Origin: Pirellulales bacterium
GTDB taxonomy: Bacteria > Planctomycetota > Planctomycetia > Pirellulales > PALSA-1355
NCBI GenBank assembly: GCA_963733035.1
Contig: CAVTBU010000006.1
Span: forward strand, 864,001 to 928,000
DNA length: 64,000 nucleotides
Direction: 5' to 3'
Under the pieces are notes generated by a model that was not told where the DNA came from, ran no database searches, and saw nothing but the letters and a program-made list of their open reading frames with translations. Shown piece by piece: positions 1-9,871 of this stretch. Each line of letters starts with the position of its first letter. The first letter of the stretch is position 1. The translations under genes and the position numbers were made by a program.

Positions 1-1286
1 ATGACCATGGCATACCACGCGCCGTTCACGCCCCATTGCCAGGCGATTACAAAAAGGTATGCCAGGGGTAATCGCACGCCGAGAAACCCCAGGAACGTCA
101 CGGCCAACGGCCAGCGAGTGTCGCCGGCCCCACGCAGCGCGCCAGTGAGGACCTGCATGATTGCCAATGGCGGCATGGCCACCGACACGATCTGCAGCAG
201 CGCAGGCGCGATCGCTAGCACGCCTGTTTGTTGGGAATTCAAGAACAATGCCACGAGCGGCTCCGCGCCGAAAAACAAGACCAAGCCGGCAACGGTCAAC
301 AGCCCGCCATTCAAAACGCACGCCACGACAATGCTGCGTGTGGCGCGGCGGTATTCCTTTGCCCCCAAGAATTGCCCGGATAGCGTCGCGGCCGCGATTT
401 GAAAGGCATAGCCGGGTAAATAGGCAATGGATTCGATGCGAATGGCCACGCCGTGGGCGGCCAACTCATCAGTCGACAGTCGGCTAATGAACGACAGGAA
501 TACAAGTTGCAAGAACACGAGTGAGAGCACGTCGATTCCGCCGGGAACACCGATCCGCAAGATCCGCCGCATCAGCTCCGTGTCGGGCTTGAGCAGTCGC
601 GGTTGAATGCGAAGTCCGACGCGGCCTCGCAAGAGCACGATAAAGGGGATCAATCCGCCAAGGGCATGTCCGCAGGCGGTTCCAATGGCCAGCCCGTCCC
701 AGCCCAACGTCGGCAGCGGGCCTGCGCCAGAGACAAGTCCCCAGGAAATTGCAATGTTGGTGACGTTTACCAGGATCATGGCCACCAAGCCGGTTACCAT
801 GTCACCAGCCCCGCGTAGGCAGGCGATGCCAATCGCCTCAAGCATCATCAAGGGGAGCATAGGGACTAAAATGTTTAGATATCGCGTCGCCAAGGGCGCC
901 GCGTCTCCCTCCAGCCCTAAGGCGGCGGCGACGTAATTGCTTCCCAGCACAGCGATCGTCGTAAACAGAATCGCAAATAGGGTTCCCAGCACGAATGACT
1001 GCCCTACGACGCGATTGGCCGCAGCCGGATCTCTGGCCCCTTTGAATCGTGCGACCATCGCCAGTGCGCCGATAGCCACGACGGAGAACAGGTTGGTCAT
1101 CAACCACAGGGCGTACGAGATAACCGTCATCGCAGCCAAATGCGATTCGCTCAGATAGTGGCCCGCGAGCAGGGTGTCGGAAAATCCGACCAGCATCACT
1201 AACAGCTGCTCGATGAGCACCGGCCAGACCAAATGCAGCAGCGGTGCCAGAGTGCCGGTCTGAGAGTCGATGGGAGAGACCTTCAA
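1..1286 (-). CDS. MATE family efflux transporter (C-terminus runs off the window)
   Basis: Manual minus-strand translation gives ...LLHLVWPVLIEQLLVMLVGFSDTLLAGHYL... and ...LTGALRGAGDTRWPL..., typical MATE repeats with many TM segments. TTG start at 1286 is tentative. Confidence 0.9.
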   Translation of the reverse strand, partial: MKVSPIDSQTGTLAPLLHLVWPVLIEQLLVMLVGFSDTLLAGHYLSESHLAAMTVISYALWLMTNLFSVVAIGALAMVARFKGARDPAAANRVVGQSFVLGTLFAILFTTIAVLGSNYVAAALGLEGDAAPLATRYLNILVPMLPLMMLEAIGIACLRGAGDMVTGLVAMILVNVTNIAISWGLVSGAGPLPTLGWDGLAIGTACGHALGGLIPFIVLLRGRVGLRIQPRLLKPDTELMRRILRIGVPGGIDVLSLVFLQLVFLSFISRLSTDELAAHGVAIRIESIAYLPGYAFQIAAATLSGQFLGAKEYRRATRSIVVACVLNGGLLTVAGLVLFFGAEPLVALFLNSQQTGVLAIAPALLQIVSVAMPPLAIMQVLTGALRGAGDTRWPLAVTFLGFLGVRLPLAYLFVIAWQWGVNGAWYAMV

Positions 1287-1473
1287 GACGTGCTCGCTAC
1301 AGTGGGAGGAACGTGGGGCAAACCAAAGTCAGGAGAGCGCGACCGGCGAAAGGTTCCCATGCCATACTTTAACGAGGTGGACGTTCTTGCGACAATCGTT
1401 CGAGGGGGCGACCCGCAGGCGTCTCTGGCCTAGAATGGTGTGGAATTGCCAGATCGAATCCGAGGAGCACCGC

Positions 1474-1839
1474 ATGTATGTCGTGACCAATCGCATCCCG
1501 GTCGCTAAGGGCCACGAGATCGATTTCGAGGATCGCTTTCGCAACCGAGTGCATCTGGTCGACCAGGCGCCGGGCTTCATCCGCAACGAAGTGCATCGTC
1601 CACGGCCGATGAAGTTCGACCACGAGACGGGGAATTTCATCGACGATCCCACGAGCGAAGGCTACTACGAGGTGAAGACCTGGTGGCGTTCGCTCGATGA
1701 CTTCGTGGCCTGGACCAGGAGTGAAGCGTTTGCCAAGGCCCACGCCAACCGAGCTCCCAAGGAAATGTTTCGCGGGCCCAGTCAGCTTGACGTACACGAA
1801 GTATTCCTGTCGACGGACCAAGACCAACCCCCTGTCTAG
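1474..1839 (+). CDS. Antibiotic biosynthesis monooxygenase (IsdG/HmoA-like) family protein
   Basis: MYVVTNRIPV...FEDRF...PGF...WRSLDDFVAWTRSEAFAKAH pattern; GAGGAG RBS upstream of ATG 1474. Confidence 0.85.
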   Translation: MYVVTNRIPVAKGHEIDFEDRFRNRVHLVDQAPGFIRNEVHRPRPMKFDHETGNFIDDPTSEGYYEVKTWWRSLDDFVAWTRSEAFAKAHANRAPKEMFRGPSQLDVHEVFLSTDQDQPPV

Positions 1840-1856
1840 CGCGAGATCGTTTGATC

Positions 1857-2138
1857 ATGGATTCCACCGATCGGCACCACTATGCTGCCGCCTACCGCGC
1901 CTTGGCTGAGATTCTGGCCCGCGAGCGCCCGGCGGACCGCCCGGAGAACCATCTTTCCTACAGTTTGGGTGACCTCGCGGCGCGAATTTTCGTGGGTACG
2001 GAGTTTCTGCCTCCCGACGAGCTTTTGGAGCAGGTGACGGAAGTGCTTCGCAGCGGCGATCAGTCCAGACAGCACGCCCTGGCGAAGCGTCTCCAAGACC
2101 ATGCCCGGCACCTGGACGATTTTGTTAATGGGCGCTGA
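1857..2138 (+). CDS. Hypothetical helical protein
   Basis: ORF directly after the monooxygenase with host-like codon usage; no recognised motif. Confidence 0.55.
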   Translation: MDSTDRHHYAAAYRALAEILARERPADRPENHLSYSLGDLAARIFVGTEFLPPDELLEQVTEVLRSGDQSRQHALAKRLQDHARHLDDFVNGR

Positions 2139-2171
2139 CGGCAGGTCTACGAGTGGCCCAGCGCCGGCGAG

Positions 2172-2534
2172 CTATGGCGACCAATCCAACTCGCTGCCAC
2201 AGCTAGGGCAGGGAGATTGACGCGGCTCGACCAACGCTCCGCAGTGATAGCAAATCGACTCGGTCGAGTCGTTTATCATGCTACGTCGTGACAATCGGCG
2301 CTCGAAATCAGAAACCATCGAACGCGCGCGATCAGCGTCACGTTTGTCGACCCACACGGGGCAGGTCGCACGCTGAAAGGGCACGTCGCCGACAAGGTTT
2401 TCAACTGCGTTGCTGGCCAACCTGGCGTTAATCCCGGCGTCTGCCAGCAGATCGATCAGCATTTGAGCCTGCCAGGTATTCCAGGCCTCGTAGATCTGAA
2501 CCGGCTCGTCCGTGTCGCGTGAAGCTCGACTCAT
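2172..2534 (-). CDS. DUF2007-like (PII-like) domain protein with C-terminal zinc ribbon
   Basis: QAQMLIDLLADAGINA...VWVDKRDADRAR followed by CYHCG...CPSCG. Confidence 0.75.
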   Translation of the reverse strand: MSRASRDTDEPVQIYEAWNTWQAQMLIDLLADAGINARLASNAVENLVGDVPFQRATCPVWVDKRDADRARSMVSDFERRLSRRSMINDSTESICYHCGALVEPRQSPCPSCGSELDWSP

Positions 2535-2849
2535 CGCCGGATTCCTAATCAGTGCGGTTCGACAAGGTCCTTCGTTGCACCTGCGTATTCTTGGCTTCCG
2601 CCGCGGCAAAGGCAAATATCCCTAGGCTGGAAATCATCGTTTCGCGATACAGCGGTGCGTTCGCCGCCAGGTTTGGTGACGCGATTGGGCCGCACCGGGC
2701 AGCTAGGGAACTTTGGCATGCACCCTATTTGGCGGAGAGGATTCGGCGCCCACAGAAAATGCTCATAGAAATGAAACAGGGACTGGCGCCCGAGGTAATC
2801 GTTGTACCCGCAGAAGCCACTGGTGGCGAAGCAGTCGTCCGCGTGTGGT

Positions 2850-4127
2850 TCAGGCGAACAACTCGCTAATCACCTTTCCGCCGTTAGCGATTTTCATGGG
2901 GCGGCCGTTCTTGCTGGTGAAAGTGGTCTCCAGCGAGATGCCCAGTGCTTGGCAGACTGTAGCCATAACATCCTGGGAGCTATAAGGCTCGCTATCAATG
3001 TCGGTGCCATCGGCAGTCGTGCGGCCAACAGCGATGCCACCTTTCATGCCGGCGCCGCCGAGCACAACACTCCAACTCCGCGCCCAATGGTCGCGGCCGG
3101 CCGTGGCGTTGATGCGAGGAGTGCGGCCGAACTCGCCCATCCAGATGATGGCCGTGTCGGCGAGCAAGCCGCGCTCGTCAAGATCGCTCACCAGCGAGCT
3201 CATCGCCTTGTCCATCTCGGGCAGCTTGTTGTTCGACAGCGTGGTGAAGTTGTTTTGATGTGTATCCCACCCGCCGAGATCGACTTCGACGAACGCCACT
3301 CCTTGTTCGACCAACCGGCGGGCCATCAGGCAACCGCGACCAAAGCCTGTATTGCCGTAGCGCTCGCGGGTCGTTTCGTCCTCCTTGTTGACTTTGAAGG
3401 CGTCCATCTGCTTGCTTGTCATCAGGCCAACGGTCTTCTCCAGAATGCCCGCGTGGTCGACAGCCAATTGTCCGCGGTTCTGTTGAATGAAGTTCTTTTC
3501 GAGCGAAGCGAGCATTTGCATTCGCTCGCCGAGCCGATAGTCGTCGACCGACATTTTCAGATTTCGCACGTTACCGTTTGAATTGACAACGAACGGGGCA
3601 TAAGTCATTCCCAGAAAACCGGGGCCTACACTGCCGCCCCCGACCGCCACGAACGGAGGAATATCGAGATTCAATTCCTTCGTCTGATCGGCCAGCATGT
3701 GACTGATCACCGAGCCGTAGCCCGGGTGTTCGATGTTCGGGTTGGGTACATAGCCGGTATGCATGTAGTAGCGCCCACGATTGTGGTCGGCTTCGCGAGT
3801 GCTCATCGAACGGACGATTGACAGGTGATGCATCTGCTTGGCGGTGAGCGGTAGATGCTCGCAAATCTGTTCGCCGCCCGAAGTGCCGATGGGCTGAAAC
3901 ATGCCGCCGGTCGGAGCGCCGGGTTTGAGATCCCAGATATCGATCGTTGCGGGCCCACCGCCCATCCAGAGCATGATGGCTGATTTGTGTCTTTTCTTCA
4001 GATCAGCGGCGTGCGCCCGCAGGGTCGAAGTGAAGGCCATCGCTGGCAGCGCCAAGGCTGAGGCACCGGCCAAGTGTTCGAGAAAATGGCGGCGAGTCAT
4101 TCCGCGAGGCGTGGGCTGATTCATCAT
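2850..4127 (-). CDS. DUF1501 domain-containing protein (Tat signal)
   Basis: TRRHFL twin-arginine motif; LWMGGGPATIDIWDLKP, GWDTH, GEFGRTPRIN, GRDHW. Confidence 0.93.
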   Translation of the reverse strand: MMNQPTPRGMTRRHFLEHLAGASALALPAMAFTSTLRAHAADLKKRHKSAIMLWMGGGPATIDIWDLKPGAPTGGMFQPIGTSGGEQICEHLPLTAKQMHHLSIVRSMSTREADHNRGRYYMHTGYVPNPNIEHPGYGSVISHMLADQTKELNLDIPPFVAVGGGSVGPGFLGMTYAPFVVNSNGNVRNLKMSVDDYRLGERMQMLASLEKNFIQQNRGQLAVDHAGILEKTVGLMTSKQMDAFKVNKEDETTRERYGNTGFGRGCLMARRLVEQGVAFVEVDLGGWDTHQNNFTTLSNNKLPEMDKAMSSLVSDLDERGLLADTAIIWMGEFGRTPRINATAGRDHWARSWSVVLGGAGMKGGIAVGRTTADGTDIDSEPYSSQDVMATVCQALGISLETTFTSKNGRPMKIANGGKVISELFA

Positions 4128-4202
4128 GGCCAATTCTCAAGTGAAGGTTGTGGGGTGTGCTAGCTGAGATTGCGTGGACAAGAGGCGGGTGATCTTTGCA
4201 GG

Positions 4203-5930
4203 TCAGTGATTGAAGATGAATTCGTTGCTATTGAGTAAAGCCCACCACACGTCTTGCATTGCCGCCGCGGAATCACCTTTGCGAAGTCGCAATAGATCGT
4301 TGGCTGCTGAAATTTCTCTGCCGACCGGTCGACGAGCCAGAGCCGCCAGATACAAGTGGTTGATTTTGGCCGCATTACTCATTTTCGCATCATTGGCTAT
4401 GCGATACAAGAAACTGCCTTTTTCGATGCTGGTCGCCTTGTTGATCAAATCACCGTTCATCATCATCAGAGCTTGAGGAATGGTACCGTTGAAAGTGGTC
4501 GTTTCCGCGTTGTCGTCCGTGCCAAATGCCAGCGTGAATTGGTTCAACCATTCGCGTTTCGTTGCTTCACGCTGTTCGTAGCTGGTGGCTGTGCGGTCGG
4601 CTTCGGTGGCCGCCAACAGCGACTCATAGAGCTCCTCGGCTCGCATTTGACGAAGGTAAAAGTGACTGAACGACGGACGCTGGCCAAGTGCCGGATCGTC
4701 GTCCTTGTTGCGCGGTGTCATCTTGCTCGACAGCCCGTACGGTTCGCTGAGCAGGATCCACATCATCAATTGCTTCAAGTCGTAGCTGTGTAACTTGAAT
4801 TCATTGGACAACGCCTCGAGCAACTCGGGGTGGCTCGGCGGATTGTGGGGGCCCATGTCGTCGATTGGCTTAGTGAAACCATAACCCAGAAAATGGCTCC
4901 ACATTCGATTGATGATTGCAGGCGCGAGATACTCGGAGTTGACGATCAGGTTGGCGAGTTCCGTGCGACGGTCGACATCGGCCACGTAGCCACTGTTACT
5001 TTCGAGCGTTTGCCCATCGACGAATACCGGGTAGGCAGCCTTTGACAGCCCATTGCGCAATTCATAAAACAGGACGGCTTCCTCGGGCCGGTTGTTCTCG
5101 CCCGCGAAGTCCTGATTGACCAGCTCGATCGATTCAATGTCGCGGCGATTTTCAAAGCGGCGCAGCGCTCTGGTCTGACGAAAGAAGGCGTTCATTTCCC
5201 AGAACTGGTTCTGTTTCCAGTCGTTGAACGGGTGATTGTGGCACTGCGTGCATTGGATTTGCAGTCCGAGAAAGATTTGGGCCGTTTTGGCCGTTGCTTG
5301 GACAGCGTTGTCCTCAAGGTTGCCGGCCATGAAGTTCACGAAACCATTGAAGTCTTTCTCGCCCGGTTTGCTGACCCCTTTGGCGCAGATCAGCTCGAAC
5401 ACGAGACGATCGTAGGTCATGTTGCGCTGGAGCGCGCGGCGGAGCGATTGAGCCAACCCTTCACGATTCACCAGAGAGCGGCGATCGGTGCCGCCAGACC
5501 TGCCGACTAGGATGTTCGTCCAGAGCGTCGTCCAGTTGCTCGCGTACTCCTCGATGTATTCATCGCCGAGCAGCCGGCTAACCAGCCGTAGTTTGCGCTC
5601 GGCGGCCGGCTCCGACAAAAACCGTTCCAGCTCGTCGACCTTGGGGACGCGCCCCAGCACGTCGAGATAGACCCGACGGCACCACTCGCCATCGGTGGCG
5701 TCGGGCGAGGGTGTGAGTTTATTGGCCTCCCAATGTGCACGGATCAGGCGATCAATCAGCGCAACCTGGGGGAAGGGGGGAGTACCAGCCGGAGATCCGG
5801 CGGCCACGCCTGGACGCGGCAGCACCGCGACCGTCAGCAGCAAGGCGACGGCCGCGGCCCGCGCCGGCCCAAACATGTGGCAAGTGGAGCACCCTCGAAA
5901 CAACGCAAATAGTCCCTGCGTCAGTGCCAT
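4203..5930 (-). CDS. DUF1549/DUF1553 (PSD) domain protein
   Basis: WCRRVYLDVLGRVP, LGLQIQCTQCHNHPF (CxxCH), PSHPELLEAL, QALMMMNG, WALLNSNEFIFNH; lies upstream of DUF1501 as is typical. Confidence 0.93.
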   Translation of the reverse strand: MALTQGLFALFRGCSTCHMFGPARAAAVALLLTVAVLPRPGVAAGSPAGTPPFPQVALIDRLIRAHWEANKLTPSPDATDGEWCRRVYLDVLGRVPKVDELERFLSEPAAERKLRLVSRLLGDEYIEEYASNWTTLWTNILVGRSGGTDRRSLVNREGLAQSLRRALQRNMTYDRLVFELICAKGVSKPGEKDFNGFVNFMAGNLEDNAVQATAKTAQIFLGLQIQCTQCHNHPFNDWKQNQFWEMNAFFRQTRALRRFENRRDIESIELVNQDFAGENNRPEEAVLFYELRNGLSKAAYPVFVDGQTLESNSGYVADVDRRTELANLIVNSEYLAPAIINRMWSHFLGYGFTKPIDDMGPHNPPSHPELLEALSNEFKLHSYDLKQLMMWILLSEPYGLSSKMTPRNKDDDPALGQRPSFSHFYLRQMRAEELYESLLAATEADRTATSYEQREATKREWLNQFTLAFGTDDNAETTTFNGTIPQALMMMNGDLINKATSIEKGSFLYRIANDAKMSNAAKINHLYLAALARRPVGREISAANDLLRLRKGDSAAAMQDVWWALLNSNEFIFNH

Positions 5931-6213
5931 TGGAAGGCCAAATTGTACGGCGAAAGCATTCGCCCAAACATCGCCCGCGACAAGACTCCTCCACCGGGCG
6001 CGACTGGGCTAAAGCCAAGTGGCAAGGGGGGGCTGATCGACATCCTGCCGGCCAAATCTGAACCCCAAGCTTTTCGGCCTACAATTCGGCGGCCGCAGGG
6101 CGATTTATTGCAGGAAATTTTTTTCGCGGAATTTTTTCGAGACTAAAGCAGGGACGTCTTTGCTATGTATCGTTTTAATGCATGTGTATCATTTTGCTGT
6201 ATTGAAATGCAAC

Positions 6214-6258
6214 AGGCGAGTTGGAACCTTAAGACTGCATTCAGGTTCCAACTCGCCT
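6214..6258. terminator. 16-bp perfect inverted repeat (terminator-like hairpin)
   Basis: AGGCGAGTTGGAACCT - 13-nt loop - AGGTTCCAACTCGCCT; U-tracts are weak on both strands. Confidence 0.6.
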
Positions 6259-6462
6259 TTGTGAAGCACGAAAACGCGCCTCCTCTTCGGACTCACGACA
6301 CTGGCCTCGCTGTTCCTGCAGGCCGTAAGTCCTTATTTCCTTTGCGCTTTCGCAGTTTGTTGCCATACCTCTTCTAGTAGCCGGCCCCAAAACTTGCTCT
6401 TCTCTGTTTCGGCCCCGACAGCCTCGTAAGGCATGACCTCTTCTGCTCCGCAGGGACTGAAT

Positions 6463-6479
6463 AGCAAGCAGCGTGCCAA
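6463..6479 (-). promoter_or_regulatory. Sigma-54 (-24/-12) promoter
   Basis: Minus strand TTGGCACGCTGCTTGCT exactly matches TGGCACG-N4-TTGC(A/T), in an intergenic region. Confidence 0.8.
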
Positions 6480-6536
6480 ACTCGATCGCGCTGCGATCGG
6501 GGGCACCAGCTGCGGATTTCTTTCGCGGGCAGTCGT

Positions 6537-8534
6537 CTAGGCGGTGTCCTTGAATTGCATCTGATGCAGACGACGGTATAAGTCGCAGCGACCGAGCAGT
6601 TGATCGTGCGTTCCCAAATCGGCGATTTGTCCGCCGTTCATTACCAGCACACGGTCGGCTAGCGCTAACGTCGCCATTCGATGCGTGATGATTACGGTCG
6701 TCCGGTGCCGGATGAATTGCTCGAGCACTTTGTGAATCAGTTGCTCGCTTTCCAGATCGATCTGACTCGTCGCTTCGTCCAAAATCATGATCGCCGGATC
6801 GCGCAAGATCGCCCGCGCCAGGGCAATCCGCTGCCTTTGCCCTCCGGACAATCGGCCACCGCTCTGACCGACGATGGTTTCGTAACCCTGCTCGAGTTTC
6901 TGTTCGATGAATTTATGTGCATGGGCCTGTTTGGCGGCTTCGATGACTTGAGTCCGCGTGGCCTGAGGACAGCCGTATCGGATGTTGTTGAATACCGTAT
7001 CGTCGAAGAGCAACGTTTCCTGATTTACCAGGCCGATCTGCAAGCGGAGATCACGCAGGCGCACGTCGCGCAGATCCGCACCGTCAATTCGCACGCTGCC
7101 GGCGACTGGATCAAAGAATCTTGGAATCAAATTGGCAAGCGTGCTTTTTCCGCAACCGTTGGGGCCCACGATGGCCAGGGTTTCGCCAAACGGGATTTGC
7201 AGGTTGATGTCCTCGAGCACCGGCTGGCCCGCCGTGTAACGGAACGCGACGCCCTCGAAGGTCAGATCGCGGTGATGCCGGCCGAACATCCGCGGTTGCG
7301 GGGGATCGCTGACAGTCGGCTCGCGGTCGAGCGCGTAGAACACGCGGTCGGCGGCAGCCGAGGCGCGTTGCAGCTTGCTGAACACTTCCGACAAGCGTCG
7401 GGCTGGATCGCTCACGCCTGCCAACGAGCCGTAGAAGGCCATCAGAGCGCTCAGCGACAGGGGCTGGCTTGACATCTTGATGCCGAACAGATGCGTTTCG
7501 CCCGAGATCACCAAATAGGCGCCAAACAGCACAGCCAGGCAGATCGTCGCGATGCCCATCACTTCCATTATGGGGTTGACCATCGCATCGACGATCGCGA
7601 TCCGCATGGCCTTCTTGTAACACTTCTTGCTGGTTTTATGGAAACGGCGTCGCTCATAGCGTTCCATCGTGAAGGCTTTGACGACTTTGATGCCGCTGAA
7701 CGTCTCGACCAGGATTCCGTATAGCGATGACATCTCCTCGAGCGCCTTGCGGTTGGCACGCTTAAGCGTCTTGGCCAGCACGCCAATCAGGAATCCCGCG
7801 AGCGGCGCCACGACTAGCGATAAGAGCAACAATTGCCAACTAATGTAGGCAGCGAGGAGGATACAGGAGAGTGCCTTGAGCGGCTCGCGGACGGTCTTGC
7901 CAAACAGCGTTTGGATGCCGCCGGCGAGGTTGTCCAAATCGTAGGTGAATCGCGACAACAGGTCGCTCGTGCCGCTTTCGGTGAACGTGCCCAAGTCCAT
8001 GCGTAGCGAGCGGCGATAGAACTGCTTGCGCAGATCGAAGGTGGCTAGTTGTGCCACTCGATCGACGAGGATCAGACTCACCGCCAGGAACGTATCCTTG
8101 ACGACGGTTGCCGCCAGTAGCAGGCCAACCAGCACGGCCAGCGTACGAAACGGATCTTTAGGCAAGTAGGCGTCGATCCAGGGCTTCAGTCGGCGACTGA
8201 GATGCAGGTCGCGCTCGGCCATTTCGCGCCGATTGCTGACGGCTCGCAAGTCGCTTGCGATCCCGCGCTTGGCGTCGGCCGGAGCTTGGGCCAGCTTATC
8301 TTGCAGCGTCTTGGCGCGGGCAGTTTCCGCCGCGATGGTTGACTCTGCTTCCTCGATTGACTTGTCGACCCAGGTACTCAGACTCTGCTTGTTGCCGACC
8401 ACCTCGACAATCGGGTACAGAAACCCAATGTTGGCGCCCCAGAGGGCTGCCACAATGAGTGCGCAGACGACCGATGCGGCTACCGTCCAATAGTACCGCA
8501 GCGCCATGCGCACGACGCGCCCGAAATTACCCAT
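6537..8534 (-). CDS. ABC transporter fused permease/ATPase (MsbA-like exporter)
   Basis: TM domain plus Walker A GPNGCGKST, LSGGQRQRIALARA and ILDEATS; start taken at MGNFGR. Confidence 0.92.
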   Translation of the reverse strand: MGNFGRVVRMALRYYWTVAASVVCALIVAALWGANIGFLYPIVEVVGNKQSLSTWVDKSIEEAESTIAAETARAKTLQDKLAQAPADAKRGIASDLRAVSNRREMAERDLHLSRRLKPWIDAYLPKDPFRTLAVLVGLLLAATVVKDTFLAVSLILVDRVAQLATFDLRKQFYRRSLRMDLGTFTESGTSDLLSRFTYDLDNLAGGIQTLFGKTVREPLKALSCILLAAYISWQLLLLSLVVAPLAGFLIGVLAKTLKRANRKALEEMSSLYGILVETFSGIKVVKAFTMERYERRRFHKTSKKCYKKAMRIAIVDAMVNPIMEVMGIATICLAVLFGAYLVISGETHLFGIKMSSQPLSLSALMAFYGSLAGVSDPARRLSEVFSKLQRASAAADRVFYALDREPTVSDPPQPRMFGRHHRDLTFEGVAFRYTAGQPVLEDINLQIPFGETLAIVGPNGCGKSTLANLIPRFFDPVAGSVRIDGADLRDVRLRDLRLQIGLVNQETLLFDDTVFNNIRYGCPQATRTQVIEAAKQAHAHKFIEQKLEQGYETIVGQSGGRLSGGQRQRIALARAILRDPAIMILDEATSQIDLESEQLIHKVLEQFIRHRTTVIITHRMATLALADRVLVMNGGQIADLGTHDQLLGRCDLYRRLHQMQFKDTA

Positions 8535-9046
8535 CCGTGAATGCTTCCCTGCGCGAGTACTTGGATTGCTGTCGTTATGCCGGCGCTGCGACCTCAATTT
8601 CCTCACAAGGTGCGAATCTTCGCCGGGCACGATCCTCTAGACCGGCTCTTTTAACAGATTGCCAGACGAGGGCCAAGTCCGACGCTGGCTGCGTCAAACC
8701 CTATCGCCATCGGCCGGTGGGCGAAGCCCTGCGGCGCCGAACTACTGGCGCTGCTAGCGTCGCGTGTCCGGATCGAAATCGAGATGCCTCCGGTTGTATG
8801 GGAAGTGCACACTGTGCCGATTTGTTCAACTCTGCCGGATTTGCCGGCCGATGTTCCCTGTAGGTCAAAGGCGGCCAACCGCCGCCCCGAGTCGCACTCG
8901 CCAGGTAGCGGGGGCGGCTCACGACCTTGCGACCACTGATCAAACCGTCCAAGGCTTCGATCCAGGGGGGATTCGAGCTGAGAAACTGCCGGCCGTTTTG
9001 GCGCCGGCTGTTGGACTTCATTCAGCGAGAAAGGATGCAAGCGACG

Positions 9047-9505
9047 ATGAAACGCGCGATCTTTGCCATGGCGGCCCTGACGCTGGTGGCCACCAGCAGC
9101 GGCTGCTGTTGTCTTGAACGTCTGTTCTGCTGGGGCTGCGGCCCCTGCGCCTACGGCCACGAAGGTCCCTGCCAGGCCGGCTGCGGCACCGGGTGCGGCG
9201 GCAGCGGCTGCAGCGACTGCGGCATGGCTGGCGGCACGGTCACCAGCCCCAACTATGCCGACGCCGAAGGCGGCTACGTCGAGCAAATGGGACCCGGTTC
9301 GTATGCCCAGGCGCCGCCGCGCATGCGTGGTCGGGCCAGCGGTCATCCGGCGGGCGGTCATCCGCTCGTGCACCAGCGCCGCAATGCGGGTGGACAATAC
9401 GAGTTTGCCGCGGGTCCGCCCACCGGTGGCGTGACCTATCCGTACTACACCAATCGCGGACCGCGTGACTTTTTGGCTCGTAATCCGCGCAGCATCGGAC
9501 CGTAA
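9047..9505 (+). CDS. Cys/Gly-rich secreted or lipoprotein with C-terminal YPYYTxRGPRDFL motif
   Basis: Signal peptide with lipobox-like SSGC, Cys-rich N-half, AAGGA RBS. Confidence 0.8.
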   Translation: MKRAIFAMAALTLVATSSGCCCLERLFCWGCGPCAYGHEGPCQAGCGTGCGGSGCSDCGMAGGTVTSPNYADAEGGYVEQMGPGSYAQAPPRMRGRASGHPAGGHPLVHQRRNAGGQYEFAAGPPTGGVTYPYYTNRGPRDFLARNPRSIGP

Positions 9506-9569
9506 CCGTTCCATGCAACAAAGTGTCAACGTCGCGGTGCCAGCCAGCGCCGCGGCCTGCGAAGGGCGC

Positions 9570-9690
9570 TTGAGACGGATTCTCGCTTGAGCTTGAAAAA
9601 CAAAGCAGCCGGGCCAGGTTTCGTGCAAGCGTCTTAGGGTGAGGTTGGAGGGGAATATAGAACCAACCCGGGCAATTGAGACTGCGTCTC
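9570..9690. promoter_or_regulatory. Two palindromic Fur-like boxes upstream of ferritin
   Basis: TTGAGACGGATTCTC (9570-9584) and TTGAGACTGCGTCTC (9676-9690). Confidence 0.45.
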
Positions 9691-9871
9691 CGCTGGTCGC
9701 ACCAGCGATTGATCCACAGGGCCAGCCGCAGGTCATGCAACGAGCGCATGCAGCGGCTGGCCCTCTTTTTTTCGCCAATAGTTCGTACAATTTTGGCGTA
9801 CTCGATGCCAGCGCCCGATGCAACCAGACATTGCCACCAGCTAAAACAGATTCGATAGGGAGACCAGACCC

